Shown here piece after piece: positions 7,428-15,740 of a stretch of 32,000 nucleotides of DNA (within the stretch, counting starts at the first letter, position 1; every line of letters starts with the position of its first letter). This DNA is from Acholeplasma laidlawii PG-8A (GTDB taxonomy: Bacteria; Bacillota_I; Bacilli_A; Acholeplasmatales; Acholeplasmataceae). A program made the position numbers and the translations under genes. Location of the stretch: the NCBI RefSeq assembly GCF_000018785.1, contig NC_010163.1, positions 210,001-242,000 on the forward strand, read 5' to 3'. The notes under the pieces are model-generated. The model saw nothing but the letters and a program-made list of their open reading frames with translations, made no database searches and was not told the origin of the DNA.

Positions 7428-9377
7428 ATGATTAGAGATCTTAGTTTAATCCCAGGTGTGGGACCTAAAAATTTAAAAACATTTAAGCGTCATGGTATTT
7501 CTAATACTTATGATCTTGTAACTAATTTACCTAAGAAATATGAAAACTTTTCTCTGGTAGATGTAGAAAATCTAAAGCACTTAGAAGAAGCTACCATTAT
7601 TGGTTTAATTAGTGCGCCTTTTTATACTGTAAAAAAGCGTGTTGTGTTAACAACTACGACCTTACTTGTTCAAGATAAGGTTGTTAAACTACTTATCTTT
7701 GGAAGAGACTACATTTCAAAAGAGTTTAGTCTCAATGATAAGGTCATCGTAAAGGGTAAGTATAATATGTTTAAAAACGAGATCAATGTCACATATATCT
7801 CAAAAAAAATAGATACACCCAATATTCAACCTAAATATCAAATTGAACATATAAGTGACAGAACCATTCAAAAAATGATTGAATACGTATTTTCAAATAA
7901 CTTGGTAGATGTTTTTGAAACACTACCAACTAAGTTTATTGAACATGAAAAACTTATGCATAGAAAAACTGCAATTTTAACGATGCATTTTCCTAAAAAT
8001 GAAACGGATTTAGAAATTGCTCAATATAGATTTAAAGTAGAAGAAGCTTTCTTCCATCTTATGAAATATCATTTGAGTATGCCACCTAAACTAAAAAGAA
8101 CACCACTATCATATGATATCGGTTGGGTTAAGGAACAAATTAGTTTATTACCTTACCAATTGACATTAGATCAACAAGAAGCTGTCAATGATTGTTTTAG
8201 AGATTTTAAAAGTGATTATTCAATGTATAGATTAATTCAAGGTGATGTTGGTACTGGTAAAACATTTGTCACATTCATTGCAGCATTAGGTGCAATATCA
8301 GCGGGATACCAAGTAGCCTTTTTAGCACCAACAGAAATTTTAGCAAGACAACACTATGAAAACTTTAATAAGCATTTTGGTCATCTACCAAGTGGATTAC
8401 TGACATCCTCATTAAAGGATAAGAAAGAAACCATGAATCGTTTAAATTCAAATGATGTCAACATTGTTTTTGGTACCCATATCCTAAGTTCAGAAGCTGT
8501 TATCTTTGACAAACTTGGATTAGTTGTGATTGATGAACAGCACAAATTTGGCGTTGAAACTAGAGAAAGTCTAATTAAAAAAAGCGTCACAGGTGATACG
8601 ATTTATCTTTCTGCAACACCAATTCCAAGAAGTTTATCACTGACCTATTTTGGCAGTTTAGAAGTGTCCAACATCAAACAAAAACCGGTTAACACACCAC
8701 CAATTGAATCTTACTTATTAGATGACAAAGATATATCTAAAATTATTGCAGCACTTAAGGTTGCAGGGCAAAACAATGAACAAAGTTTTATTGTAGTACC
8801 TGCAATTTCAGAAGGGAATAAATCACACTCTATTCACAGCGTATTTTCAATTTTAGAACCTCACTTTAACCCGGATAACTTTTATGTCATTCATGGTCAA
8901 CTAAAATATGAGGAAATTGAACTTATTATGGACAGATTCATGCAAAATCCCAAAGGTATATTATTATCAACAACCATCATTGAAGTTGGTATCGATGTTA
9001 AAAATGCCAGTACAATCATCATTATGGGTGCAGATAACTTTGGGTTATCTCAACTACACCAATTACGTGGACGTGTTGGTAGAGGTTCTATTCCAGGTAA
9101 GTGTTATTTTGTAAGTTCTAAAAAGGATGTTGAAAGACTAAACTTTTTACTACAGACAACTGATGGATTCTTACTCAGTCAATATGACTTAAAACTTCGT
9201 GGCCCGGGTGTTTTTTCATCGATTATTCAAAGTGGTTATACAAGGTTCGAATATCTTGATTTAAATACAGATTTAAAACTTTTACAAGGCATTGTAAAGG
9301 ATGTAAAGTACTATGTAGAAAATATTGAAAAATATCCGTATTTGAAAAAAAGAATTTTCAAATCGAACGTGATATAA
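7428..9377 (+). CDS. recG: ATP-dependent DNA helicase RecG
   Basis: Wedge domain plus SF2 helicase motifs (GDVGTGKT, DEQHKFG, SATPIPR, QLRGRVGRG). The ORF-track start (TTG 7401) has no SD. ATG 7428 (MIRDLSLIPGVGPK...) is preferred. Confidence 0.9.
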   Translation: MIRDLSLIPGVGPKNLKTFKRHGISNTYDLVTNLPKKYENFSLVDVENLKHLEEATIIGLISAPFYTVKKRVVLTTTTLLVQDKVVKLLIFGRDYISKEFSLNDKVIVKGKYNMFKNEINVTYISKKIDTPNIQPKYQIEHISDRTIQKMIEYVFSNNLVDVFETLPTKFIEHEKLMHRKTAILTMHFPKNETDLEIAQYRFKVEEAFFHLMKYHLSMPPKLKRTPLSYDIGWVKEQISLLPYQLTLDQQEAVNDCFRDFKSDYSMYRLIQGDVGTGKTFVTFIAALGAISAGYQVAFLAPTEILARQHYENFNKHFGHLPSGLLTSSLKDKKETMNRLNSNDVNIVFGTHILSSEAVIFDKLGLVVIDEQHKFGVETRESLIKKSVTGDTIYLSATPIPRSLSLTYFGSLEVSNIKQKPVNTPPIESYLLDDKDISKIIAALKVAGQNNEQSFIVVPAISEGNKSHSIHSVFSILEPHFNPDNFYVIHGQLKYEEIELIMDRFMQNPKGILLSTTIIEVGIDVKNASTIIIMGADNFGLSQLHQLRGRVGRGSIPGKCYFVSSKKDVERLNFLLQTTDGFLLSQYDLKLRGPGVFSSIIQSGYTRFEYLDLNTDLKLLQGIVKDVKYYVENIEKYPYLKKRIFKSNVI

Positions 9378-9414
9378 TCAATATAGTAATGCTTTAGAAG
9401 GGATGATTTAATAT

Positions 9415-10419
9415 ATGATAAAACTAGCAATTGATGGTATGGGTGGCGACAACGCACCTAAAGAAATAGTAGAGGGCTCTATTTTAGCTTTAAAGCAGTT
9501 TGATGACATTGAACTTACTATTTTTGGTGATGTTGATAAAATGAAACCATATTTAATTGAACATCCAAGATTAAAGGTAGTTCATACACCGAAATATTTT
9601 GAAATGGGTGTAAAAGATATTGGAAGACACACCTTAAGAGATGATAAAGATACATCGATGTTAATGGCGATTAATCATGTAAAAGAAGGTTTAGCGGATG
9701 GTGTAGTGTCCAGTGGTCCTACACAAGCACTTATTTTTGCATCATTTTTTATGATTCGTCCGATGAAAGAAATGAAACGTGTAGCGATTGCACCCATGGT
9801 ACCAACCGTGATTGGAAAACCTACAATCTTACTTGATGCAGGTGGAAATATTGATGCAAAAGCTGAGCATCTTTTAGACTTTGCAATATTTTCAACAATT
9901 GCCTTAAAAGAAGTTTATGGTGTTAAATCCCCTAAAGTTGGATTAATTAATATTGGTACAGAACCCGGAAAAGGTAGAGATATTGATAAAGAAACTTTTG
10001 AGTTATTAAGTAAGCATCCATTAATTGATTTTTACGGCAACTTAGAACCAAAAGAAATTTTAACATCTGATGCACAGATCTTACTTTCTGACGGATTTAC
10101 TGCAAATATCGTCATGAAAACCATGGAAGGTACAGCAAGTGCCTTAGGTAAAATTCTAAAAAGAGAAATTAAAGCAAGCTTCTGGGGTAAACTCGCAGCA
10201 GTTTTATTCTTGAAAAAACCATTAAAGAGATTTAAACAATCCATGTCTGCTGATGAAGTAGGTGGAGCATTAATTGCAGGGCTTGATAAAGTTGTAGTTA
10301 AAGCACACGGTTCTAGCGAGGCTTACGCATTTATGAATGCTATTAGACAAGCTAAAACAATGGTTTCACATGACGTGATTGGTAAAGTAAAAAATGTATT
10401 GAGGGGTCAAGATGAATGA
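9415..10419 (+). CDS. plsX: phosphate acyltransferase PlsX
   Basis: N-terminal AIDGMGGDNAP motif and full-length PlsX-like sequence. GAAGGGA SD. Confidence 0.95.
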   Translation: MIKLAIDGMGGDNAPKEIVEGSILALKQFDDIELTIFGDVDKMKPYLIEHPRLKVVHTPKYFEMGVKDIGRHTLRDDKDTSMLMAINHVKEGLADGVVSSGPTQALIFASFFMIRPMKEMKRVAIAPMVPTVIGKPTILLDAGGNIDAKAEHLLDFAIFSTIALKEVYGVKSPKVGLINIGTEPGKGRDIDKETFELLSKHPLIDFYGNLEPKEILTSDAQILLSDGFTANIVMKTMEGTASALGKILKREIKASFWGKLAAVLFLKKPLKRFKQSMSADEVGGALIAGLDKVVVKAHGSSEAYAFMNAIRQAKTMVSHDVIGKVKNVLRGQDE

Positions 10420-11071
10420 TTTATTGAAACAACTTAATATTGAAACAAAACATATAGATTTATACCTTCAAGCATTAACGCATACATCTTATGCGCATGA
10501 AAACCAAACAGATCATAATGAACGATTAGAGTTTTTAGGTGATGCAGTGATTGAATTAATGATGAGTACATACCTATTTACTCATGATCAATCCAATCAA
10601 GGTGTTTTAACTAAAAGACGTGCTCAAGCAGTTCGTGAAGAAGCACTTGTTTTGTATGCCCAAAAAATGGATTTAGAATCGAAGATGCGTTTAGGCAATG
10701 GTGAGCAAATAGCAAAACCAAGCATGATCGCCGATGCATTTGAAGCGTTTTTTGGTGCACTATATATGGATCAAGGATTTGATAAGACTTATGAAATCTT
10801 TAATAAGGTAGTCATACCACATTTAAATTTAGTGGAGCACATTAAAGACTATAAAACTCAACTTCAAGAATTTATTCAACTTGAAAGGAAAAGTTTATCT
10901 TATAAAACAGTTAAAGTGGGTGGACCATCACATCGCCCAATATTTAAGTCTGAAGTATTTTTAGAAAACAGTATTATGTTGGGCACAGGACAAGGTAGTT
11001 CCACCAAGGAAGCCGAACAAAATGCTGCAAAAGAAGCACTAAGTAAAGTAGTAAAGGAGCGTAGTTTATGA
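10412..11071 (+). CDS. rnc: ribonuclease III
   Basis: ERLEFLGDAV signature and a C-terminal dsRBD (GPSHRPIF...GSSTKEAEQNAA). 8-nt overlap with plsX. Confidence 0.95.
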   Translation: MNDLLKQLNIETKHIDLYLQALTHTSYAHENQTDHNERLEFLGDAVIELMMSTYLFTHDQSNQGVLTKRRAQAVREEALVLYAQKMDLESKMRLGNGEQIAKPSMIADAFEAFFGALYMDQGFDKTYEIFNKVVIPHLNLVEHIKDYKTQLQEFIQLERKSLSYKTVKVGGPSHRPIFKSEVFLENSIMLGTGQGSSTKEAEQNAAKEALSKVVKERSL

Positions 11072-11679
11072 TTAGAAAATTATATGAAGAGCATTTTTTA
11101 GAAATTGATGCACTATTAACTAAAGAATGTAAGCGACTAAAATTAAGTCCTAATGAAGTGGTTGTTTTAAAAACATTGTTTCAAAACTACAAAAAACGCA
11201 CCTTTTCTATCTTAAGTATTACAAGAAAAATTGAACTTTCAAGTAACGATGTTGCTAAGTGTGTAGATAAACTTATTAATAAAGGTTTTATATCTTTAGG
11301 ATTAGAAACTAGAAATGATAAAGAAGTTGAAGTGTTTGACTTATCAGGCACATTTGATAGAATCACAGAGCTTTATGAATCTGATATGGAAGATATTAAA
11401 CGTGAACGTTATGAAACTCAAATTTCACACACCATCGAACTTTTAGAAAAGCATTTAGGTAAGGCATTATCTAGTTTAGAACTTGACATAGTTCGCTCAT
11501 GGTATGACGAATCTTTATATACGCATGACGCTATTATTTCTAAAATTGAAGAAATAGGACCATCTGGAAAGTTTTCACTTAAGTTTTTAGAAAGAACATT
11601 AAATAGAGAAAAATATATCGCAGAACCACTTGATGAACAAGCAGAACGCGCGATTGATGAAATATTTAAGGCTATCTAA
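11068..11679 (+). CDS. dnaD: DnaD domain-containing replication initiation protein
   Basis: N-terminal winged-helix-like region plus a C-terminal DnaD/DnaB_2-type repeat (LSSLELDIVRSWYDE...FLERTL). The ATG overlaps the rnc TGA. It lies immediately upstream of nth, as dnaD-nth does in Bacillus. Confidence 0.7.
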   Translation: MIRKLYEEHFLEIDALLTKECKRLKLSPNEVVVLKTLFQNYKKRTFSILSITRKIELSSNDVAKCVDKLINKGFISLGLETRNDKEVEVFDLSGTFDRITELYESDMEDIKRERYETQISHTIELLEKHLGKALSSLELDIVRSWYDESLYTHDAIISKIEEIGPSGKFSLKFLERTLNREKYIAEPLDEQAERAIDEIFKAI

Positions 11680-12323
11680 TGACTAAAAGTCAACGTATAT
11701 TTTTCAGTCACTATTTAGAAGAGCTTTTCCCAGATGCAAAAGCAGAACTAGATTTCACAAATAATTTTGAACTGATTGTTGCAGTTGTACTATCGGCACA
11801 AACAACAGATATCGCGGTCAACAAAGTCACAAAGGATCTATTTAGAAAATATCCCACTCCAAACGATCTCATGCATGCAGATGTTGATGATGTTATGGAC
11901 ACAATTAAAACAATTGGTCTATATAAAACAAAATCCAAAAATATCATTGGTCTTGCTAAAAGATTAGTTGAAGATTATGATGGACTTGTACCAAGTGAAA
12001 GAAAAGATTTAGAATCACTACCAGGTGTTGGTAGAAAGACAGCGAATGTTGTATTATCTAATGCATTTGGTATACCAGCGCTAGCTGTAGATACGCATAT
12101 CTTAAGAATTTCTAAAAGACTAGGGCTTGCAGATGAAACAGATGATGTACTCGAAGTTGAAATGAAATTGAATAAACAATTTCCTAAAGAACTGTGGCAT
12201 AAACTTCATCATCAACTTATCTTTTTTGGACGATATCATTGTATTGCTAGAAAACCTAATTGTGATACGTGTAAGATGCAAGATATGTGTCCACACTTTA
12301 AAAATGTAATTTCTAAACAATAA
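11679..12323 (+). CDS. nth: endonuclease III
   Basis: HhH-GPD motif (LPGVGRKTANVV), catalytic Asp context (AVDTH) and a C-terminal 4Fe-4S cluster loop C-X6-C-X2-C-X5-C (CIARKPNCDTCKMQDMC). The start overlaps the dnaD stop (TAATG). Confidence 0.95.
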   Translation: MTKSQRIFFSHYLEELFPDAKAELDFTNNFELIVAVVLSAQTTDIAVNKVTKDLFRKYPTPNDLMHADVDDVMDTIKTIGLYKTKSKNIIGLAKRLVEDYDGLVPSERKDLESLPGVGRKTANVVLSNAFGIPALAVDTHILRISKRLGLADETDDVLEVEMKLNKQFPKELWHKLHHQLIFFGRYHCIARKPNCDTCKMQDMCPHFKNVISKQ

Positions 12324-12343
12324 AAAAATATCAAATAACAAAA

Positions 12344-12383
12344 TAAAAATCTACATTTTTCTTTGAGAAGATGTAGATTTTTA
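12344..12383 (+). terminator. intrinsic terminator after nth
   Basis: 13-bp stem TAAAAATCTACAT / ATGTAGATTTTTA with a 14-nt loop and T-rich 3' flank, 21 nt after the nth stop. Confidence 0.7.
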
Positions 12384-12425
12384 TTATTGTAAACACTATA
12401 ATGAAGCCAAAAAGGGAGATTTTCA

Positions 12426-13655
12426 ATGTATATAAATTTGGGATATTTAAGAGGGCAGATAAGATTACGAAACCCAGAGATAACAAACAATAGTGACAAC
12501 ATAGGTTCTATGTTGAAATACCACCGGTTGAAACTTAATTTAACACTCGAAGATAGTTCCGATGGTATTTGTAGCGTAAGTTATTTATCTAAAATAGAAA
12601 ACAGTCTAATTAGACCAAGTGAAAAATACATACTACAGCTTGAAGAAAGATATAATGCTAAATTCTTTAACATAGGTAACCAGCACAATGAACTACTACA
12701 TCAACTTATAGAAAATTTGTTCTATGAACAAGAAGAAGTAATTGATGATGCTTTGTTTACCGAAGATACGTATCAATCTAGATTAAACAAAACTGGATAC
12801 CTAATTAGTCGAAACAAGTTTAACGAAGCCAAACTAAACCACCAAGAACTCAATCCATATATTAAAAATTTAAATGGTATTGAACTTAAATTTTATATAT
12901 TTCTAACATCTAAACTACTTAGCTTTGAAGGTAGACTAAAGGATGCTTTTTCTGTTTTAAATATAGAAACAGATCATTATCCACTATTACATCTAGATAT
13001 ACTCATAGCTTCTGAAAGAATACACTTAGCAACTAAAATGAATCATCATCCATACATTGTACTTACCTATGAAGCATTGATAGATCAATGTATAGAAAAT
13101 GAATTTTATCATAAAGTACACGAACTTAAATATCACTATCTAACCTACATGGTTCAATTTATTAATGAGCCAATGCTTAATGAACTCTTGGATAAATCTA
13201 AAAACTTAAAACCCGATCAAAGAGCTTTTGTAAAGGCTAAATATTTCTTCATGAATATGGACTATGAACTAGCTATTGAAACGCTTAATAGTGAACCTTT
13301 AAACAGTAAGGCGTCACTCGAATTAAAACTCCTTATTCTAAATAGGCTAAACCAATCTTCTATCATGAATGAATCACTTAAATCATTGTCTAATATTGAC
13401 AACAAGCAACTTAAATTAATACACGCCTACTTAGTACTTAAAAATACCAGAGCTACAAATATTGAGTCCTTAGTTCAATTTATTCTAACAGAGGTTTTAA
13501 AATCAAATGATCTACCAGATGACATCTTATATTTAAATTTTTGGTACGAAGAAGGGTTGCAATGTTTAAAGAAAGTAGGCTATTATAAAGACGCAACTAA
13601 GTTGGGTAGATTAATATTTAGAAAAATAAAAGATTTAACGACTATTTTTGATTAA
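12426..13655 (+). CDS. XRE-family HTH transcriptional regulator with long helical-repeat (TPR/RNPP-like) C-terminal domain
   Basis: The HTH_XRE pattern IGSMLKYHRLKLNLTLEDSSDGICSVSYLSKIENSLIRPS is followed by about 330 aa of helix-rich repeats. SD AAGGGAG lies 7 nt upstream of the ATG. Confidence 0.8.
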   Translation: MYINLGYLRGQIRLRNPEITNNSDNIGSMLKYHRLKLNLTLEDSSDGICSVSYLSKIENSLIRPSEKYILQLEERYNAKFFNIGNQHNELLHQLIENLFYEQEEVIDDALFTEDTYQSRLNKTGYLISRNKFNEAKLNHQELNPYIKNLNGIELKFYIFLTSKLLSFEGRLKDAFSVLNIETDHYPLLHLDILIASERIHLATKMNHHPYIVLTYEALIDQCIENEFYHKVHELKYHYLTYMVQFINEPMLNELLDKSKNLKPDQRAFVKAKYFFMNMDYELAIETLNSEPLNSKASLELKLLILNRLNQSSIMNESLKSLSNIDNKQLKLIHAYLVLKNTRATNIESLVQFILTEVLKSNDLPDDILYLNFWYEEGLQCLKKVGYYKDATKLGRLIFRKIKDLTTIFD

Positions 13656-13721
13656 ATAACTAAATAATGTGATACACTATAAATAGTTTAATAAACTAAA
13701 AAAGATGAGTGGGAGGTTTAC

Positions 13722-13769
13722 ATGGTTATAAAAAAATGTACACTATTCATTATAGGTAACAATAAATAA
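13722..13769 (+). CDS. unannotated small ORF, 15 aa (MVIKKCTLFIIGNNK): candidate signalling pro-peptide or regulatory leader peptide
   Basis: Consensus SD GGGAGG (13711-13716), a 5-nt spacer, then ATG. TAA stop at 13767-13769. It lies 66 nt after the regulator stop on the same strand, with no terminator in between. Confidence 0.4.
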   Translation: MVIKKCTLFIIGNNK

Positions 13770-13854
13770 TTTATTTGTAGGACTTATAATGAAGGCTTAT
13801 TTATTTATAAAATACCCTTCATTCAGATATAAAAGCTTTTTTATATGTATCTTT

Positions 13855-13878
13855 AAGAGGGGAAACCCTCTTTTTATT
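13855..13878 (+). terminator. intrinsic terminator / possible attenuator upstream of ABC operon
   Basis: Stem AAGAGGG / CCCTCTT closed by a GAAA tetraloop and followed by TTTATT. It sits 32 nt upstream of the ABC gene ATG. Confidence 0.65.
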
Positions 13879-13909
13879 ATCTAAAAACACGACGAACAAG
13901 GAGAACATC

Positions 13910-15739
13910 ATGAAATTTAAATCCCTTATGAAACTAGCCAAAGGACACTTGTGGGGCTATATTATCTTAATTATCTTAACGATATTCCACCGCTTCTCAT
14001 ACTCCTATGTGCCTTTATTCACTCAATATATTATTCGTACTTTAACGCTTCGTTTAAGTACTGACCCATTACCTCCTGATTTACAAACGGTCAATCTACC
14101 AGCATTTGTAGTAAACTTCTTTGAATCCGGTGAAACGATTTTAATGATCGTGTTTTATGTTGCGATTACATTAATATTTTATCAAGCATTTAGATACTTG
14201 ATGATGTATTTTGAATTAAGTTTACGTGGTCGTATTCAAGAAAGTATTGCAAAAAAATTACGTAATAGATTATATGATCACATTCAAAACTTAAGTTACA
14301 AATATCACAACAATGCAGATAGTGGTGACTTAATACAAAGAGTTACATCAGACGTTGAAACTACAACAGGTTTTGTAGTCTTACAGTTTATGCAACTTAT
14401 TGGACTATTTGCATCACTATTTAGTGGTGTATTCCAAATGTATCATATTAATACCACCATCATGTGGGTGTGTTTAGCAGTTATTCCCGTCTATGCGATC
14501 TCATCTATTTTCTACTTTACAAGAATTGAAAAGATATTTGAAAAAGTTGAACATGATGAATCAGAGATGATGACAGTCATTCAAGAAAATGTGAGTGCTT
14601 CAAAAGTTGTTAAAGCATTTGCTAATGAACCATTTGAATTAGAGAAAATGGAAAAGAAGAACAAGCAATACACCAACAGTAATATACGTGCTAACAAAGT
14701 AGTAGCAATATATTGGGGAAGTATGGACTTTATCTCAATGGCACAATATGCACTTGTTACTGTATTAGCCATCCACTTTGTAAGAACTGGTGAAATGGAT
14801 GGTGCAAGTTTTGCTGCATCCTTAATGCTAATTGGTTTATTAGTATGGCCAATTCGTGGGTTAGGTCGATTAATTAATGAATTTACTAAAGCGTTTGTTG
14901 CGATTGGTCGTATCAACCATATATTTGAAGAAAAAACTGAATATGAACAAGATGGTCATTTAGAACCAGAGATTCATGGTCATATTGTTTTCAACAAAGT
15001 AAGTTTTAAATTTGAAGATGATGCAAACTATTTATTAAAAGATATCTCATTTGAAATTAAACCAGGTGAAACAGTTGCAATTATTGGTAAAACTGGCAGT
15101 GGTAAAACCACAGTTATTAATCTATTAATGCGTATGTATGAATATGAAGGATCCATTACAATCGACGGTGTTGAGTTAAGAGAAATCAAAAAACAACACA
15201 TGAGAAAATCCATTGGAGCTGTCCTTCAAGATCCATTCCTTTATTCTAGAACGGTCTATGAAAATATATCGATTACAAATAAAACAGCAAGTAAAGATAA
15301 AATTATTACAGCAGCTCAAACTGCAGCACTTCAAAATGATATTCATACCTTTAAAAATGGTTATGAAACGATGGTTGGAGAAAAAGGTACTACGTTATCT
15401 GGTGGACAAAAACAAAGAGTTGCGATTGCGCGTGTACTAGTAAGTGATAAACCAATACTTATATTTGATGATGCACTATCTGCTGTTGATAATAAAACAG
15501 ATATGATGATTCGTGGTGCATTAAACCAAAAGGAACATCAATCCACAAACATTATTATTACACACCGTATTACAACAGCGAAAGAAGCTCACAAGATTAT
15601 TGTCATAAATAATGGACAAATTGAAGACATCGGTACACATAAAGAGCTCGCACATAAAGATGGTCTTTATAACAAATTATGGGGCATTCAAGGTAAACTT
15701 GAACAAGAATTCCTAGACTTAATTGAGGAGGGTGCTTAA
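13910..15739 (+). CDS. ABC transporter ATP-binding/permease protein (type I exporter half-transporter, degenerate-site subunit)
   Basis: Six-helix TMD plus an NBD. Walker A is GKTGSGKTT and the signature LSGGQ is canonical. Walker B is ILIFDD, with Asp (15470-15472) replacing the catalytic Glu. AAGGAG SD 6 nt upstream. Confidence 0.9.
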   Translation: MKFKSLMKLAKGHLWGYIILIILTIFHRFSYSYVPLFTQYIIRTLTLRLSTDPLPPDLQTVNLPAFVVNFFESGETILMIVFYVAITLIFYQAFRYLMMYFELSLRGRIQESIAKKLRNRLYDHIQNLSYKYHNNADSGDLIQRVTSDVETTTGFVVLQFMQLIGLFASLFSGVFQMYHINTTIMWVCLAVIPVYAISSIFYFTRIEKIFEKVEHDESEMMTVIQENVSASKVVKAFANEPFELEKMEKKNKQYTNSNIRANKVVAIYWGSMDFISMAQYALVTVLAIHFVRTGEMDGASFAASLMLIGLLVWPIRGLGRLINEFTKAFVAIGRINHIFEEKTEYEQDGHLEPEIHGHIVFNKVSFKFEDDANYLLKDISFEIKPGETVAIIGKTGSGKTTVINLLMRMYEYEGSITIDGVELREIKKQHMRKSIGAVLQDPFLYSRTVYENISITNKTASKDKIITAAQTAALQNDIHTFKNGYETMVGEKGTTLSGGQKQRVAIARVLVSDKPILIFDDALSAVDNKTDMMIRGALNQKEHQSTNIIITHRITTAKEAHKIIVINNGQIEDIGTHKELAHKDGLYNKLWGIQGKLEQEFLDLIEEGA

Positions 15740-15740
15740 G

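Noticed and set aside
12401-12493. 30-codon ORF (MKPKREIFNVYKFGIFKRADKITKPRDNKQ) overlapping the start of the HTH regulator in another frame.
   Set aside because: Its ATG overlaps the TATAAT-like box (12397-12402), so it would lie upstream of the likely TSS. It has no SD of its own, and the AAGGGAG inside it serves the regulator ATG at 12426.
13705-13731. 8-codon ORF (MSGRFTWL) overlapping the SD and start of the 15-codon sORF.
   Set aside because: No SD upstream. The GGGAGG it contains is positioned correctly for ATG 13722 instead.
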